Origin: Methanomassiliicoccaceae archaeon
GTDB lineage: Archaea > Thermoplasmatota > Thermoplasmata > Methanomassiliicoccales > Methanomassiliicoccaceae
Length of the DNA stretch: 64,000 bases
NCBI GenBank assembly: GCA_963728405.1
Contig: CAVSJV010000017.1
Coordinates: 320,001-384,000, forward strand
Direction: 5' to 3'
The notes beneath the pieces are model-generated. The model saw only the letters and a program-made list of their open reading frames with translations. It did no database searches and was not told the DNA's origin. The first letter of the stretch is position 1; the number at the start of each line of letters is the position of its first letter. The translations under genes and the position numbers were made by a program. Positions 25,875 through 37,519 of this stretch are shown one piece after another.

Positions 25875-27343
25875 TCTATTGCCCCCTTAGGCCTCTTCTT
25901 TGGCTCGTAAACCAAGTGGACAGCTCCTGTCCCCAGGGTTACCGGTTGCCCTACGATGATGTTCTCGGCCACGCCGTCCAGATCGTCTGACTCTCCGGTC
26001 AGAGCGGCATGGAGCAGGTGGGTGGCAGTGATCTCGAATGCGGCCCTTGCGAGCACGCTCGATTTCCTGCCGGATATTCCGTGCCGGCCGATGGCCTTGA
26101 CGTCGCCATCATTGGTCATCAGGTCGGCCACGAGCATGATATGCCGGATGTCAACGGTCAGGCCCTGTTCCTCCAGGGTCCTGGTCGCCTCATTGATGAT
26201 GGAGTTCCGGGCAGCCTCCACCCCCAGGACCTCAAAGATCTCCTGTATGGAGTTGGTCGTGGTCCTCTTGCGGTCGACCTTCTCTTCAGCCAGTACGTCC
26301 CTGAGGTTCGAGCCAGCAGTGTAGATGATATACTCGTGCCCGGTCTTCCTCAGGATGGCCCTTTCGATACCGTCGACGCCTTGGATAACTGAGTCCCTGG
26401 TGGCCTGGACGATACCTTGCAGCTTCTTGAAGCTTGCCTCCTCGGACGATATGACCACCATCTCGCGCTCAGGGTCGTCCTCATCGGTGACCTTGGTGAC
26501 CTGCCCGCGCAGCCGGCGGTCCTTGTTAAGCCTCTCCACGATCTGATCGACACCGATGTCCTTCTGTTCGAGCTTGGCCTTGTCGGGATGGACGATTACC
26601 TTCATGTTAACGATGTCCGTCTCGATGTCCGCGATGTCCAGCAGAGTGGTCTTCTCGATCTTGGAAGCGACCTTGCGAACCATGTCGACATTGCCACCGA
26701 ACTCCGGCTCGATGTAAACGGTCATCATCGGCGTGGACGGCACCCTGCGGGCGTCCACGATCTCGATGAGACGGGGCAGACCCAGGGTAACGTTGATTTC
26801 GGCCACACCGGCATAGTGGAAGGTACGCATGGTCATTTGGGTACCTGGTTCGCCGATCGATTGAGCGGCCAGGATGCCGGCCGACTCGTTGGCGTCCATC
26901 TTATGGAGCAGGAATTTCTCATTGGCCTTCTTCAGGACCTGCTTCACCTTGTCGTTAGAGATCTTGGTCCCTTCCAGGCGTTCCGCCAGAGATACCACGA
27001 CCCGCCGAGGCAGCTCGATGTGGAGGGTTTCCAGCATGGCGTTGAGCTTGTTCTCCATATCGCTGGGAGGACGGGCCTTGAACACCCGCTCGAACTCCAC
27101 CTTCTTGGCCGGCTCGGCGGCGGCCTCCTTCTTCTCGGCCTTCTTGCCGGCTTCCTTCTTGGCCTTGCCGAGCTTCTTCTTGGCCTCGGCGGCCTGGGCC
27201 TCAGTGATCCCGAGCTCGATCATGTCCGCCGCAGAGGCGGAGGCGATGTCCCCTATGCTGTTGTACTTTTGTAGGAGCTTGTCGGCCACGGCCTCATCCA
27301 CTCCCCTCTTGACCAGCGCGTTGAACGTGTCCTTACGGGCCAT
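25871..27343 (-). CDS. rpoA2: DNA-directed RNA polymerase subunit A''
   Basis: [58 protein letters not shown]. Confidence 0.97.
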   Translation of the reverse strand: MARKDTFNALVKRGVDEAVADKLLQKYNSIGDIASASAADMIELGITEAQAAEAKKKLGKAKKEAGKKAEKKEAAAEPAKKVEFERVFKARPPSDMENKLNAMLETLHIELPRRVVVSLAERLEGTKISNDKVKQVLKKANEKFLLHKMDANESAGILAAQSIGEPGTQMTMRTFHYAGVAEINVTLGLPRLIEIVDARRVPSTPMMTVYIEPEFGGNVDMVRKVASKIEKTTLLDIADIETDIVNMKVIVHPDKAKLEQKDIGVDQIVERLNKDRRLRGQVTKVTDEDDPEREMVVISSEEASFKKLQGIVQATRDSVIQGVDGIERAILRKTGHEYIIYTAGSNLRDVLAEEKVDRKRTTTNSIQEIFEVLGVEAARNSIINEATRTLEEQGLTVDIRHIMLVADLMTNDGDVKAIGRHGISGRKSSVLARAAFEITATHLLHAALTGESDDLDGVAENIIVGQPVTLGTGAVHLVYEPKKRPKGAIE

Positions 27344-30133
27344 CAGTCCTCACCTCCGCTGCCTCCGGCGTCATACTCCGGCTCCTCAGCTTCTTCTTCC
27401 TCCATCGTCTCCATGAGGTCCTTTTCGATAGTGGCGTAGCCGGCCTGCTTCTTCTCCTCGATGCGGGCCAGGGTCTCGGCGTCGTCGCCCAGCACCTCGG
27501 ACAGTATGTCATCCACGTCCACAGCGTCCCCTTGCACCGAACGGCAGGGGTCCACGCCATCCTCACCGTACTGCAGCTGGATGATCATGTCGGCGGTGTT
27601 GCGGACAGTGCCATCCTGCTTCAGCTTGAGGTCCTCCAGCGCATTGATCAGACGGCGCTGCATGTAACCGGACCGGGAGGTACGGACGGCCGTATCGACC
27701 AGTCCTTCGCGTCCACCCATGGAGTGGAAGAAGAACTCGGTGGGCGTCAACCCGCTCTTGTAGGAGTTCTGCACAAAGCCTTTCGCTTCGGCGCCCAGGT
27801 CGCCCTTCTTGAAGTGCGGCAGGGTCCTGTTCCAGTAGCCACGAGACAACCTTTCACCACGAACGGCCTGTTGCCCGATGCAACCAGCCATCTGCGACAG
27901 GTTGAGCATGGAACCTCTGGCTCCCGAACGGGCCATGATGACCGCGGAGTTCTCCATACCGAGGTGACGGCCAGCGATCCGACCGGCCTCGTCACGAGCC
28001 TGACCCAGGACCTTCATGACCTCTACTTCCAGTGTCTCGTCGAGAGATCGTCCAGGCAACTGTTCGAGGATGCCCTCACGATAGGCCTGGACGAACTCGG
28101 ATACCTTGCGCACAGCGTCATGCAGAACGTCCTCGATCTGCTGGGTCGCTTCCGCTGGAATGTCCTCGTCATCGATGCCGGTGGTGAATCCTCGGACCAT
28201 GATGGCGCCGATGGCCAGCTTGGTGACGTTGTCCAGGAACTCCCGGGCCGCGTCCGCGCCGTAATCACGGGTGATCTTATCCAGGATCTTGCCCTTGAAC
28301 GAGCCGATGGCCTTCTCATCGATCGTGCCGTTCAGCAGAATGCCGTTACGGATCTTGACGAAGGCATCCAGGTCGCACTGGTCCTTTTGACAGGTCGGAC
28401 AGTTGCGGCAGATGGATGCCTTGAAGGTGATGCGGAAGTCAGCGGGCAGCACCATGGTGAACAGTTGATGTCCGGTCCAGTACTCCTTGCCGTCCACCAA
28501 TTTGGGCTTAGGCAGCTCGGTGTACTTCACCTTGGACAGTATGCTTAGCGTCTCCTGCTTGTCGAACAGGGGGTCCTGATGCGTCAGCAGGAACGTCCCG
28601 GTGATGTGGTCGTGGATGGCGCCGATGATGGGGCCGCCGAAACGGGGGGACAGGATGTGCTCCTGGACCCTCATCAGAGATTATGGCCTCGGCCCGAGCC
28701 TCGTCGCTCTGCAATACGTGCAGGTTCATCTCATCGCCATCAAAGTCAGCGTTGTACGGCGGACAGACGCACAGGTTGAACCGGAAGGTCTTCCAGGGCA
28801 TCACCCGCACGGTGTGGGCCATCATCGACATACGATGTAGGGACGGTTGCCGGTTGAAGAGCACGACGTCCTTGTCCATCAGATGTCTTTCTACGATGTA
28901 GCCGGTCTCCAGCCCATCGGCGATGGATTCGGCGTTACGGTCGGTGACCTTTATCCTGCGACCGTCGGAACGGATGACATAGTTGACGCCGGGAACATAT
29001 TTCCCGTCCACCATGGGCGGGTTGGAACCCATCTTGACCATGGCCTTCAGCTGTTCGATGTTGGCCTTGGTGATGCGCACCGGTAAGGTCAGCTCACGGG
29101 CCGCTTCGTACGGAACGCCGACCTCGTTGATGGACAACGAGGGATCGGGGGAGATGACCGTACGGGCCGAGAAGTTGACCCTCTTACCGGACAGGTTAGA
29201 ACGGAACCGTCCCTCCTTCCCCTTGAGCCTCTGCACCAGGGTCTTCAGCGGGCGGCCCGACCGGTGCCTGGCCGGCGGAATACCCGAGGTCTGGTTGTCG
29301 AAGTAGGTGGTGACGTGGTACTGCAACAGCTCCCACAGGTCCTCCACGATCAGCTGGGGCGCACCGGCGTCACGGTTCTCCCGCAGACGCTGGTTGATCC
29401 TCAGGACATCGACGAGCTTGTGGGTGAGATCATCCTCCGACCGGTCACCCGATTCAAGAGTGATGGATGGACGGACGGTCACCGGCGGAACCGCCAGGGC
29501 GGTCAGTACCATCCATTCGGGGCGGCAGGAGTTGGGGTCGATGCCCAGCGGGGGCAGGTCCTCATCCGGGATGCGCTCCAGGCGTTCCCTTACTTCCTTG
29601 GGGGTGAGCTTGTGCCCGTCCTCACGGAAGGTGGTCGGCTTGTCCAGGGTGACCTTTCCCTGCGCCTGCCCGCAGTGCGGGCATACGGTGTTCTTGGAGG
29701 CGTCCTTGGCCGTCCCCTTGGCCAGGAGGCGGTAGTCGATGGCGTCGCTACCGAGCTCGTCCATGTCCGCCCATTCCTGGGCCTTGCGGGCAGCCTCTTC
29801 CTTGGTCATGAGGAGGTGGCCGCAGGTCTTGCAGGTCGATTGGAGCAGCTTCTTGATCTCCTTGACCAGTCCGACATGGATGACCGGCATGGCCAGGTCG
29901 ATATGTCCGAAGTGGCCGGGGCACTCATCGACCTTGTTGCCGCAGGTCTTGCATCGCAATCCAGGCTCGATGACCCCTAGATGGGGGTCCATCAGACCCA
30001 TGTCGATGGGGAAACCGTCGTCGTCGTAGGTGTCGGCGGTGATTACCTTGGTGGCCGACATCTTCCTGACCTCATCGGGGGATAGGGACGAGAACTTGAT
30101 CGAACCGATCCTCTTTGAAACGCCTCGCATCAT
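27343..30133 (-). CDS. rpoA1: DNA-directed RNA polymerase subunit A' (frameshift near 28680)
   Basis: [31 protein letters not shown], catalytic [34 protein letters not shown]. Confidence 0.97.
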
Positions 30134-33100
30134 CTTAGGTCCTCCAGCTGAAGGCGCATGACGACGCCAAGTGACAGCAGCTCGTCCAGCAGCAGCTTGA
30201 ACGCATAGCTCGTCTGCACGAGGTGCACGTTCGTGTTATTGCCACATACCGGGCAGCGGATCGCTCCTCGGCGGTCCATCATAGCGATGTGGCCGCAGTT
30301 GGAGTTACCGCATACATAGAGGAACGTCCCATCGGACTCGTCGAGCAGGCGGTCCTTGATGACCATCGCCGCTCCATGACCGATCAGGCAGTCCCTCTCC
30401 ATCTCACCGAACCTTAGACCGCCCTGCCTGGAGCGGCCCTCGGTCGGCTGCCTCGTTAGGATCTGCACTGGACCACGGGAACGTACATGCATTTTCCCCG
30501 ACACCATGTGGTGCAGCTTCTGATAGTAGATCACGCCGGTGAAGATCTCGGCCTCGATCTTCTTCCCAGTCATGCCATCGTACATGACCTCCTTGCCCGA
30601 AGTGTTGAAGCCTGCGCGCCCCAGGGACTCCCTGAGGGCCTGCTCCCTCTCTCCAGAGAAGGAAGTACCGTCGATGGGCCTCGCTTCCATCGCGCCGACC
30701 TTGCCGCCGACCATCTCCAGGACGTGGGCGACGGTCATACGGGATGGAATAGCGTGGGGGTTGATGACCAGGTCCGGGGTCACACCATCACAGGTGAACG
30801 GCATGTCCTCCTGGGGGACGATGAGACCGATGACCCCCTTCTGGCCGTGCCGGGAAGCGAACTTGTCCCCGAGCTCAGGGACCCGCTCATCTCGTACCTT
30901 GACCTTGACCAGGCGGGAGCCGTTCTCCGACTCCGTCAGCATCACCGAGTCGACCCAGCCGCTCTCTCCGGGGCGGATGGTAATGGACGTTTCCCTTCTC
31001 TTCTGGGGAGTGAGGAAATCGGTCTCCTCCTCCAGGAACCGGGGCGGAGAGGTCTTTCCGACCAGCACATCGCCGCCATTGACGTTGGTCTCCGGGGAGA
31101 TCAGCCCGTCCTCACCAAGACTGGCATAGGACAGATCGGCCCTGGCACCTCGAACATCGGGAGAGGGGATCTCGAAGTGGTCCTCCTGACCCCCAGGGTA
31201 CCGGCGCTCCTCGGCCCGGTAGGTCCTCAAGAAGGTCGATCGGCCCAATCCCCGCTCGATCGATGCGCGGTTCAGGATGAGCGCATCTTCCATGTTGTAG
31301 CCATGGAAGGAAATGACCGCGACCACGAAGTTCTGCCCGGCGGGACGGTCGTTGAATGCCACGAAGTCCATGGGCTTGGTCTGCACCATCGGCCTCTGCG
31401 GATAGTGCAGGATGTGGCCGCGGGTGTCCGGCCGCTTCCGGTAGTTGGTGCAGCTGAGGCCCAACGATTGCTTGGCCATACCTGAGCCCATCGTCACACG
31501 CGGTGACGAGTCGTGCTCGGGGTACGGCACCACGCCGGCCGCCACTCCCAGGATGACCATGGGGTCCACTTCCATATGGGTGTGCTCATTGGTGAGCATC
31601 AAGGGCACCTTCATCTCCCCGTTGCAGTGCTTGCACCGTAGGAGGGCATCCTTGACTTCCACCCCCGGGTTCATCCAATCGACATCGGTGGGGGATAGTG
31701 CGCGACCGCAGTTGGTGCAGCGCTCTGGCGGGTCGTAGGGCTCGACGGCGATGAAGGAGTCCTCCTCCTCTTCGGCATCGATCCATTCCATGACCCCTTC
31801 GCGCAGCAGGTCAGCCCACTTGATCTTCCCATCACGCACGTCCTCGATGTGCTTGCGGGTGATGACCGTGCGAGCCTCTTGGATGACCAGCAGCGGTCTC
31901 CTCAGGCGGCCTTCATCACAGTTGATGATGACCTCGCTCATCTCCTCGTCATAACGGATGTTAATCTCGTTGGACAGCAACCCCTGCCTCCGGCCGGCAC
32001 GGATCTCCGATACCAGCACACGGGGGTTCTCGACGTTACCGACCAGGTCGCCGTTGACGTAGACCTTGGCCCCGCCGATCATCTCACCGGCCTTCACTTC
32101 CACTACGCCGCGGTCGCGAAGGAGCCACTGGACGTCCTCCTCGCGGAACCCCTCGGAGCACGTCGATGATCAGTGCGGCGTTCTTCACCAGTCCGCAATT
32201 CTGACCCTCGGGGGTCTCGTTCGGGCACAACCGTCCCCATTGGGTGGGGTGCAGGTCACGCGCCTCGAAGTGAGGCTGCGAGCGAGTGAGCGAGGAGGTG
32301 ATCCTCCTCAGGTGGGAAAGGGTGCTCATGTTGGACGTGCGGTCCAACAGTTGCGATACGCCTGCCCTTCCGCCCACCCAGTTGCCGGTGGCGAGGGCGT
32401 GGAGCAATCTATGAGTAAGCAGGTCGGGCCGGATGGCCGAGGCGATCCGGAGGTCCTTCTTACGAGCGAAGCTCCGTTCTAGCTGGTACTTCAGGTCCTT
32501 CATCAGGTTGGTGAAGGAGACCCGGAAGAGGTCCTCCATGAGGTCCCCCGACAGCTTCAGGCGCTTGTTCGCATAGTGGTCCTTGTCATCCTCTTTTCTC
32601 ATTCCGATGCTCAGTTCGAGAACGGAACGAGCGATCCTTCCAAGGAAATAGGCCTTCTTGATGCGGTCCTCCTTGGTGTCCCCTAGGTGGGGCAGCAGGG
32701 ACCGGTCGATGATGGACTCCACCTTCTTCTCCCGATACTCCCTGGCCTGCCCGGTAGCGAACTTACGCTCCAGGAAGTTGAGGGCGTCCTCGGTGGTGAA
32801 GACCCCGTTTGGAGGGTAGAGCTTCTTGTCGTGGCACTCCTCGATGTTGGCGTATAATATGTTCGCCATGTCGGGGACGCTCACTATGGCATCGTAGATC
32901 TCCTTGTCGTTCTCCATCCCCAGGGCCTTCATCAGGATGACCAGGGGGATCTGACCGGAGGCGGCCGGGACGGTGACCATAAGGATGCCGTCCTTCTTCT
33001 TCTCCACCAGGGTCAGGGCGCGGTAGCCTTCCTTCTGAGAGAATACCTTGGCCACCTCGAGCTGGGTGCCGTAACGCTCATTGTACTCGACCAATACTCT

Positions 33101-33730
33101 GTTAGGAGCAAGGTCCTCCAAGGAGATGAGCACCCTCTCGGTCCCACCGATGATGAAATATCCGCCGGGGTCGGCAGGGTCCTCGCCGTACTCGATGAGC
33201 TTATCCCTATACTCGGACTCGCTGATCTCGCGCTCCTCCTCCATGTTCTCCTTGAAGAGGTTACAGCGCTTGGAGCGGAGCATGATCGGCAGGTCGCCGA
33301 TATGCACTTTCTCCGGCCCCTTCTCGATGCCATCCTCAGTTATTGTGAACTCCAGTTCGATTGGAGCAAGATAGTTCAGATTGCGCAGCCTTGCCTCCAT
33401 GGGGGTGAGGCGGTGCGTGGCGCCGTTGGCCTCCCTTACAACCGGATTAAGGATCCGGATGGTGGGCCGGCTGTACTGGGGATCGATGTTTCCGGTTTTC
33501 TCTTCCCGGCGGCGGCCGACCCGGATCTCGACCTTACGGCCGTCGGTTCGGTCCTCCTCCAGCTTGATTATTCCCCTGCTGGTGTCGTCGGCAGAGACCC
33601 GGAGGTTGTCCACGATCTTCTGCATGCGGCTGTTGGGATTATCCATCGTCGAGAGAAAATCGTTAAAACTCGAGATATGGTGGTTAACGATGGACCGATC
33701 CTTGAAATAAAGTTCGATTAGATCACGCAA
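30130..33730 (-). CDS. rpoB: DNA-directed RNA polymerase subunit B (probably a single chain; one extra base near 32158)
   Basis: [13 protein letters not shown]; removing one base gives [40 protein letters not shown]; [24 protein letters not shown]. Confidence 0.95.
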
Positions 33731-33737
33731 TTCAGTT

Positions 33738-34010
33738 TCACCCCTTGAGCTCCTTGCTGATGACCAGACGATACAAGATAGACTCCTCGGCGGTCTCGCT
33801 CTTCCTTCTTATCTGAATAATTCGACCGGGGGTTATGGGACCTTCGATACGCTCCATGAGCCGGATACAGGCATCATCCCTCCGGATCTTGGGTAGCTGG
33901 TCTTTAGTTATCCTCAATTTGGCCAAGACTTTCTCGGCCTCCTGCTCCGATAGCAGGGAATGCTCTGGCACGAGATCGTGCTCTAAAACATGTAAATCCG
34001 ACTCGACCAC
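33738..34010 (-). CDS. rpoH: DNA-directed RNA polymerase subunit H
   Basis: HDLVPEH, QLPKI, IRRKSETA, YRLV. Confidence 0.95.
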   Translation of the reverse strand: MVESDLHVLEHDLVPEHSLLSEQEAEKVLAKLRITKDQLPKIRRDDACIRLMERIEGPITPGRIIQIRRKSETAEESILYRLVISKELKG

Positions 34011-34132
34011 CTAATTCACCTCGCCCTTGAATACTTGGAAATCGTTTTTACTAAGAGTCAGGGTTATAAAAGACCACCGCACTGGCTTTCCGAACGTTGT
34101 ACCTTCCATCGTTCTTCTACCTCTCTCCAGGG

Positions 34133-34273
34133 CGGGCCCGCGGGGATTTTCGGAGCGCACGGGAAGGCCGCGCACCTTTCGAACCCCGGACCACCTGGTT
34201 AAAAGCCAGATGCTCTTTCTAGGGATGGCGATTTGTTTAGGACCGCCGTCCTACCTAGCTGAGCTACGGGCCC
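34133..34273 (-). tRNA. tRNA-Lys(UUU) with two non-canonical introns (34217-34252, position 20/21; 34147-34177, position 59/60)
   Basis: Spliced product GGGCCCG-TA-GCTC-AGCTAGGTA-GAGC-A-TCTGG-CTTTTAA-CCAGG-TGGTC-CGGGG-TTCGAAT-CCCCG-CGGGCCC-G is a 74-nt cloverleaf; both inserts form bulge-helix-bulge motifs; CCA is not encoded. Confidence 0.93.
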
Positions 34274-34429
34274 ATTGCAAGCTAGTAGGCATTGCAGAAC
34301 CCCATGTAAAGACTCAAATTATTTAAAGGTTCCTATTGGAGGGGAACCAGGGGTCCGAACGACGACGGTTCTCGTACTTCGGCCCCCTGCACGGCGCCTC
34401 GCAATATGATCGGCCCCATATATGATATG

Positions 34430-35149
34430 TCAATGCAATCCGCGCATCTTGCATTCCCGGTCCCAGAGCCTTTGCTGGACCGCCTCGCTCCGCAGTTCCC
34501 TGAGCGCATCGGCGGCGATCCACCGACCAGACCGGCTACCAGCAGCCTGGATGCGTTCGCCGCAGGCGATGGCCTCTTCGTTCAGGACCCTGTTCCTCTT
34601 TCCTATCTGCCGCAACGCCCAGTTGACCGCCTTCTTGACGTAGTTGCGGTCGTCCGAGGCGGCCTGCTCTATCATCGGCAACAGTTCCAAGAACCTGCTG
34701 TCGACCGCGCTCTTGTCATGCACAGCAAGCGCGGCCATCAAGACGAAGGCGGCCCTTTTGACGTAGGTCCCCTCCCGGACGGACCATTCGGCCGCTTTCT
34801 TCCAGTTCGGGGCCGCGTATGAGAAGAGATTGCTACAGCACTGGTCGCACAGGTCCCAGGAGCAGAAACCGGCCGCCCACGCTTCCATCTGTTCTTCCGA
34901 TACCAGCGCGGGATTGTCGATCATGGTGGCGAGGATACGGGCCTCATGAATATCCGTCCCCCATAGCGCCTCTGCCAGTTCGTGGTCCTTCCCCATGCGC
35001 TTGGCCAGGGCCCGCAGTTGGGGTATAGGGGTTCCTCCCAGGGCCTTATCGGTCGCTATTCCGTACCTGGCCATTCCCGCCAGTGATGCGGGATCGGACC
35101 GGCCCCTTAGCTCACCCATGACCTCGGTGAGACGCTCGTCGGTGCTCAT
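34430..35149 (-). CDS. DNA alkylation repair protein (AlkD-like HEAT-repeat glycosylase)
   Basis: GMARYGI, LWGTDIHEARILA, SWDLCDQCC, DDRNYVKKAVNWALRQIGKRN, RWIAADALREL. Confidence 0.88.
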   Translation of the reverse strand: MSTDERLTEVMGELRGRSDPASLAGMARYGIATDKALGGTPIPQLRALAKRMGKDHELAEALWGTDIHEARILATMIDNPALVSEEQMEAWAAGFCSWDLCDQCCSNLFSYAAPNWKKAAEWSVREGTYVKRAAFVLMAALAVHDKSAVDSRFLELLPMIEQAASDDRNYVKKAVNWALRQIGKRNRVLNEEAIACGERIQAAGSRSGRWIAADALRELRSEAVQQRLWDRECKMRGLH

Positions 35150-35235
35150 CCTATCGCCCTCGCACGGTGGTCCCGAACAAAATATGTTCGCCGACAGAGG
35201 CTTATCTTGCTCAAGTATTGCCTCACTAGGGGACC

Positions 35236-35967
35236 ATGAAGATCGCTCACATCTCCGACCTGCACTTTGCCAGCTCACTGTTCGTCCAGAAATGGGCCGA
35301 TAACGTGGCCAAGAAGATCGAGGAGGAACGTCCGGACCTGCTGGTGGTCACCGGCGACCTGACCACCGAAGGCTACATCCCGGAGTTCGAGATGGCCAAA
35401 AGCTTCCTGGACCAGCTGGATACCAAGGACCGGCTGATCGTTCCCGGCAACCATGACGCCCGGAACCTGGGCTATACAGTGTTCGAGGAACTGTTCGGTC
35501 CGCGTTTCCCATGTTTCAGAGGGGGAGGCGTCACGGTGCTGGGTCTTGATTCTACCGAGCCCGATGTGGACGACGGCCACGTGGGAAGGGAGCATTACGA
35601 CACCATCAGGGAGAGCCTCTCGGGGCCGAACGTTCGCATCCTGGCACTGCACCATCACCTCATTCCGATCCCTGGCACCGGCCGAGAGCGGCAGATACCG
35701 ACCGACGCGGGCGACCTGCTGGGCGTCTGCAAGGAGGTGTCTATGGACATCGTGCTATCGGGCCACAAGCATCTACCCTGGACCTGGAACCTCGACGGCT
35801 GCTACTTCATCACCACCGCCACTTCCACCACCCGCCGGCTCAAAGGTCGGTCCCGTCCGGCCATGGGTATCCTGGAGATCGAGAACCACCAGCTCACGCT
35901 GACCGAGGTCAAGACCGACGACCTGACCACCTCGGTGATGCTCAGGACCCGGCTCAGAGACCATTGA
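35236..35967 (+). CDS. Calcineurin-like metallophosphoesterase (Icc/CpdA-like)
   Basis: HISDLH, TGDLT, VPGNHD, LHHH, SGHKH motifs. Confidence 0.9.
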   Translation: MKIAHISDLHFASSLFVQKWADNVAKKIEEERPDLLVVTGDLTTEGYIPEFEMAKSFLDQLDTKDRLIVPGNHDARNLGYTVFEELFGPRFPCFRGGGVTVLGLDSTEPDVDDGHVGREHYDTIRESLSGPNVRILALHHHLIPIPGTGRERQIPTDAGDLLGVCKEVSMDIVLSGHKHLPWTWNLDGCYFITTATSTTRRLKGRSRPAMGILEIENHQLTLTEVKTDDLTTSVMLRTRLRDH

Positions 35968-35994
35968 TATCCTAGCGGTTCCCACATCCTAGCG

Positions 35995-37008
35995 ATGCCC
36001 GCGCAGGGGTCGGGGAAGATCAACGGGAACCATGGAAGGACCGTTTCCGTAGTTGAATACGATGAGACCGCCGCCGACCGGGAGGAGGTGGCCGATATCG
36101 GAGCGGCCCTGGATCGGATCGGTCGGCGCAAGGTCACCTGGATCGTGGTCAAAGGGCGCCTCGAAGGTCGGGACCTGGTCGCCATTCGTGATCGGCTGGG
36201 ACTGCACCCGGTCGTGGTAGGCGAGCTATCGGAAGGGTATACCGACCGCCCTAAGCTGATCGATTTCCAAAATCTGATATTCGTATCGTGGAAGCTCCTC
36301 GAGCTCAATGGTGCGGCGGTCGAGGAGGGGCGGGCCACCAGCCTGCTGGGAAAGGGGTATCTTCTGACCATCATTCCCTCGGACCGTGACTTCCTCAAGA
36401 CGGTGGAGGCACTGAAGAACGACCGCAATCAGATCAGGAAGATGGGCGTTGATTACCTGCTCTATGACCTAATCGATACGGTCATCGATGAGTACTTCAC
36501 GGTATCGGAGGAGCTAGGCAATCTGATCGAGGAGGCCCAGGACCGCATCTTGGAAGGAGCGGGAAAGGAAGCGCTGATGGACGTGGAGAGGCTGAGGCGC
36601 GCCATTATCAGGGTGCGCAAGGCCATCTGGCCTCTCCGGGAAGCGGTCAATGCCCTGGTCAAGGGGCAGTCGGACCTGGTCGATGATTACACCGCCCCCT
36701 ACTACCGGGATGCTTACGACCACACCATCGAGCTGATGGATACCGTAGATACACATCGCGACATGCTCTCCGAGATGCTGGATATGTACCAGAGCCAGGT
36801 CAGCAACCAGCTCAACCAGGTGGTCAAGGTGCTCACTCTTATCGCGGTCATCTTCTCTCCCTTGACATTTATCGTCGGCCTGTATGGTATGAACTTCCAG
36901 TACATGCCCGAGCTCGGCACTACATTCGGATACCCGCTGGTGCTCGTCCTCATGCTAGTGATCTCGGTGGCCATGATGCTGCTCTTCCACAGAAAAGGGT
37001 GGTTCTAG
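35995..37008 (+). CDS. corA: Magnesium/cobalt transporter CorA
   Basis: GLHP, RPKL, YYRDAYDH, GLYGMNFQYMPEL signature, two C-terminal TMs. Confidence 0.95.
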   Translation: MPAQGSGKINGNHGRTVSVVEYDETAADREEVADIGAALDRIGRRKVTWIVVKGRLEGRDLVAIRDRLGLHPVVVGELSEGYTDRPKLIDFQNLIFVSWKLLELNGAAVEEGRATSLLGKGYLLTIIPSDRDFLKTVEALKNDRNQIRKMGVDYLLYDLIDTVIDEYFTVSEELGNLIEEAQDRILEGAGKEALMDVERLRRAIIRVRKAIWPLREAVNALVKGQSDLVDDYTAPYYRDAYDHTIELMDTVDTHRDMLSEMLDMYQSQVSNQLNQVVKVLTLIAVIFSPLTFIVGLYGMNFQYMPELGTTFGYPLVLVLMLVISVAMMLLFHRKGWF

Positions 37009-37071
37009 GCTCTCCGGCAAGGGCTTATATACCAAGACAAAACTGTATCGGCTCAACTTTCGGTGAGTTTC

Positions 37072-37243
37072 ATGGAATCTGAGAAGATTTGCAGTTCATG
37101 CGGCATTAGGTTGGGCAAGAACGACGGGATGACATTTCTTCAAGTGCCCCAATTGCGGAGAGGTAGAGATCGGCCGCTGCCCCAATTGCAGGGACCAGGG
37201 CATCGCATACACCTGCACCAAGTGCGGGTTCACTGGACCTTAG
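37072..37243 (+). CDS. Small zinc-ribbon protein (DUF1610/HVO_2753-like; one frameshift)
   Basis: Reconstructed [11 protein letters not shown]...[34 protein letters not shown], four CxxC pairs; conserved position upstream of EF-1beta. Confidence 0.88.
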
Positions 37244-37252
37244 GTGTTTTGC

Positions 37253-37519
37253 ATGGGAAAGGTCGCCGCCGTCTACAACATGATCCCGGAGAGCCCTGAG
37301 GTTCCTACCGAGGATGTAATGAAAGCTATACCCACGGTCCTTCCCCAGGGCGTTGTGGTCAACAACATGGTGGTAAAGCCCTTCGCGTTCGGGCTCAACA
37401 TCATCGAGGTCACCTGCGTCATGGATGATGTCGAGGGGATCATCGAGAAGCTGGAGGAGGCCTTAAAGTCCGTCCCCCAGGTCCAGAGCGTCGACAGCGT
37501 CACCATAACGCTGATCTGA
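37253..37519 (+). CDS. ef1b: Elongation factor 1-beta
   Basis: MGKV...MIPESPEV...PFAFGL...VQSV, 88 aa. Confidence 0.92.
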   Translation: MGKVAAVYNMIPESPEVPTEDVMKAIPTVLPQGVVVNNMVVKPFAFGLNIIEVTCVMDDVEGIIEKLEEALKSVPQVQSVDSVTITLI

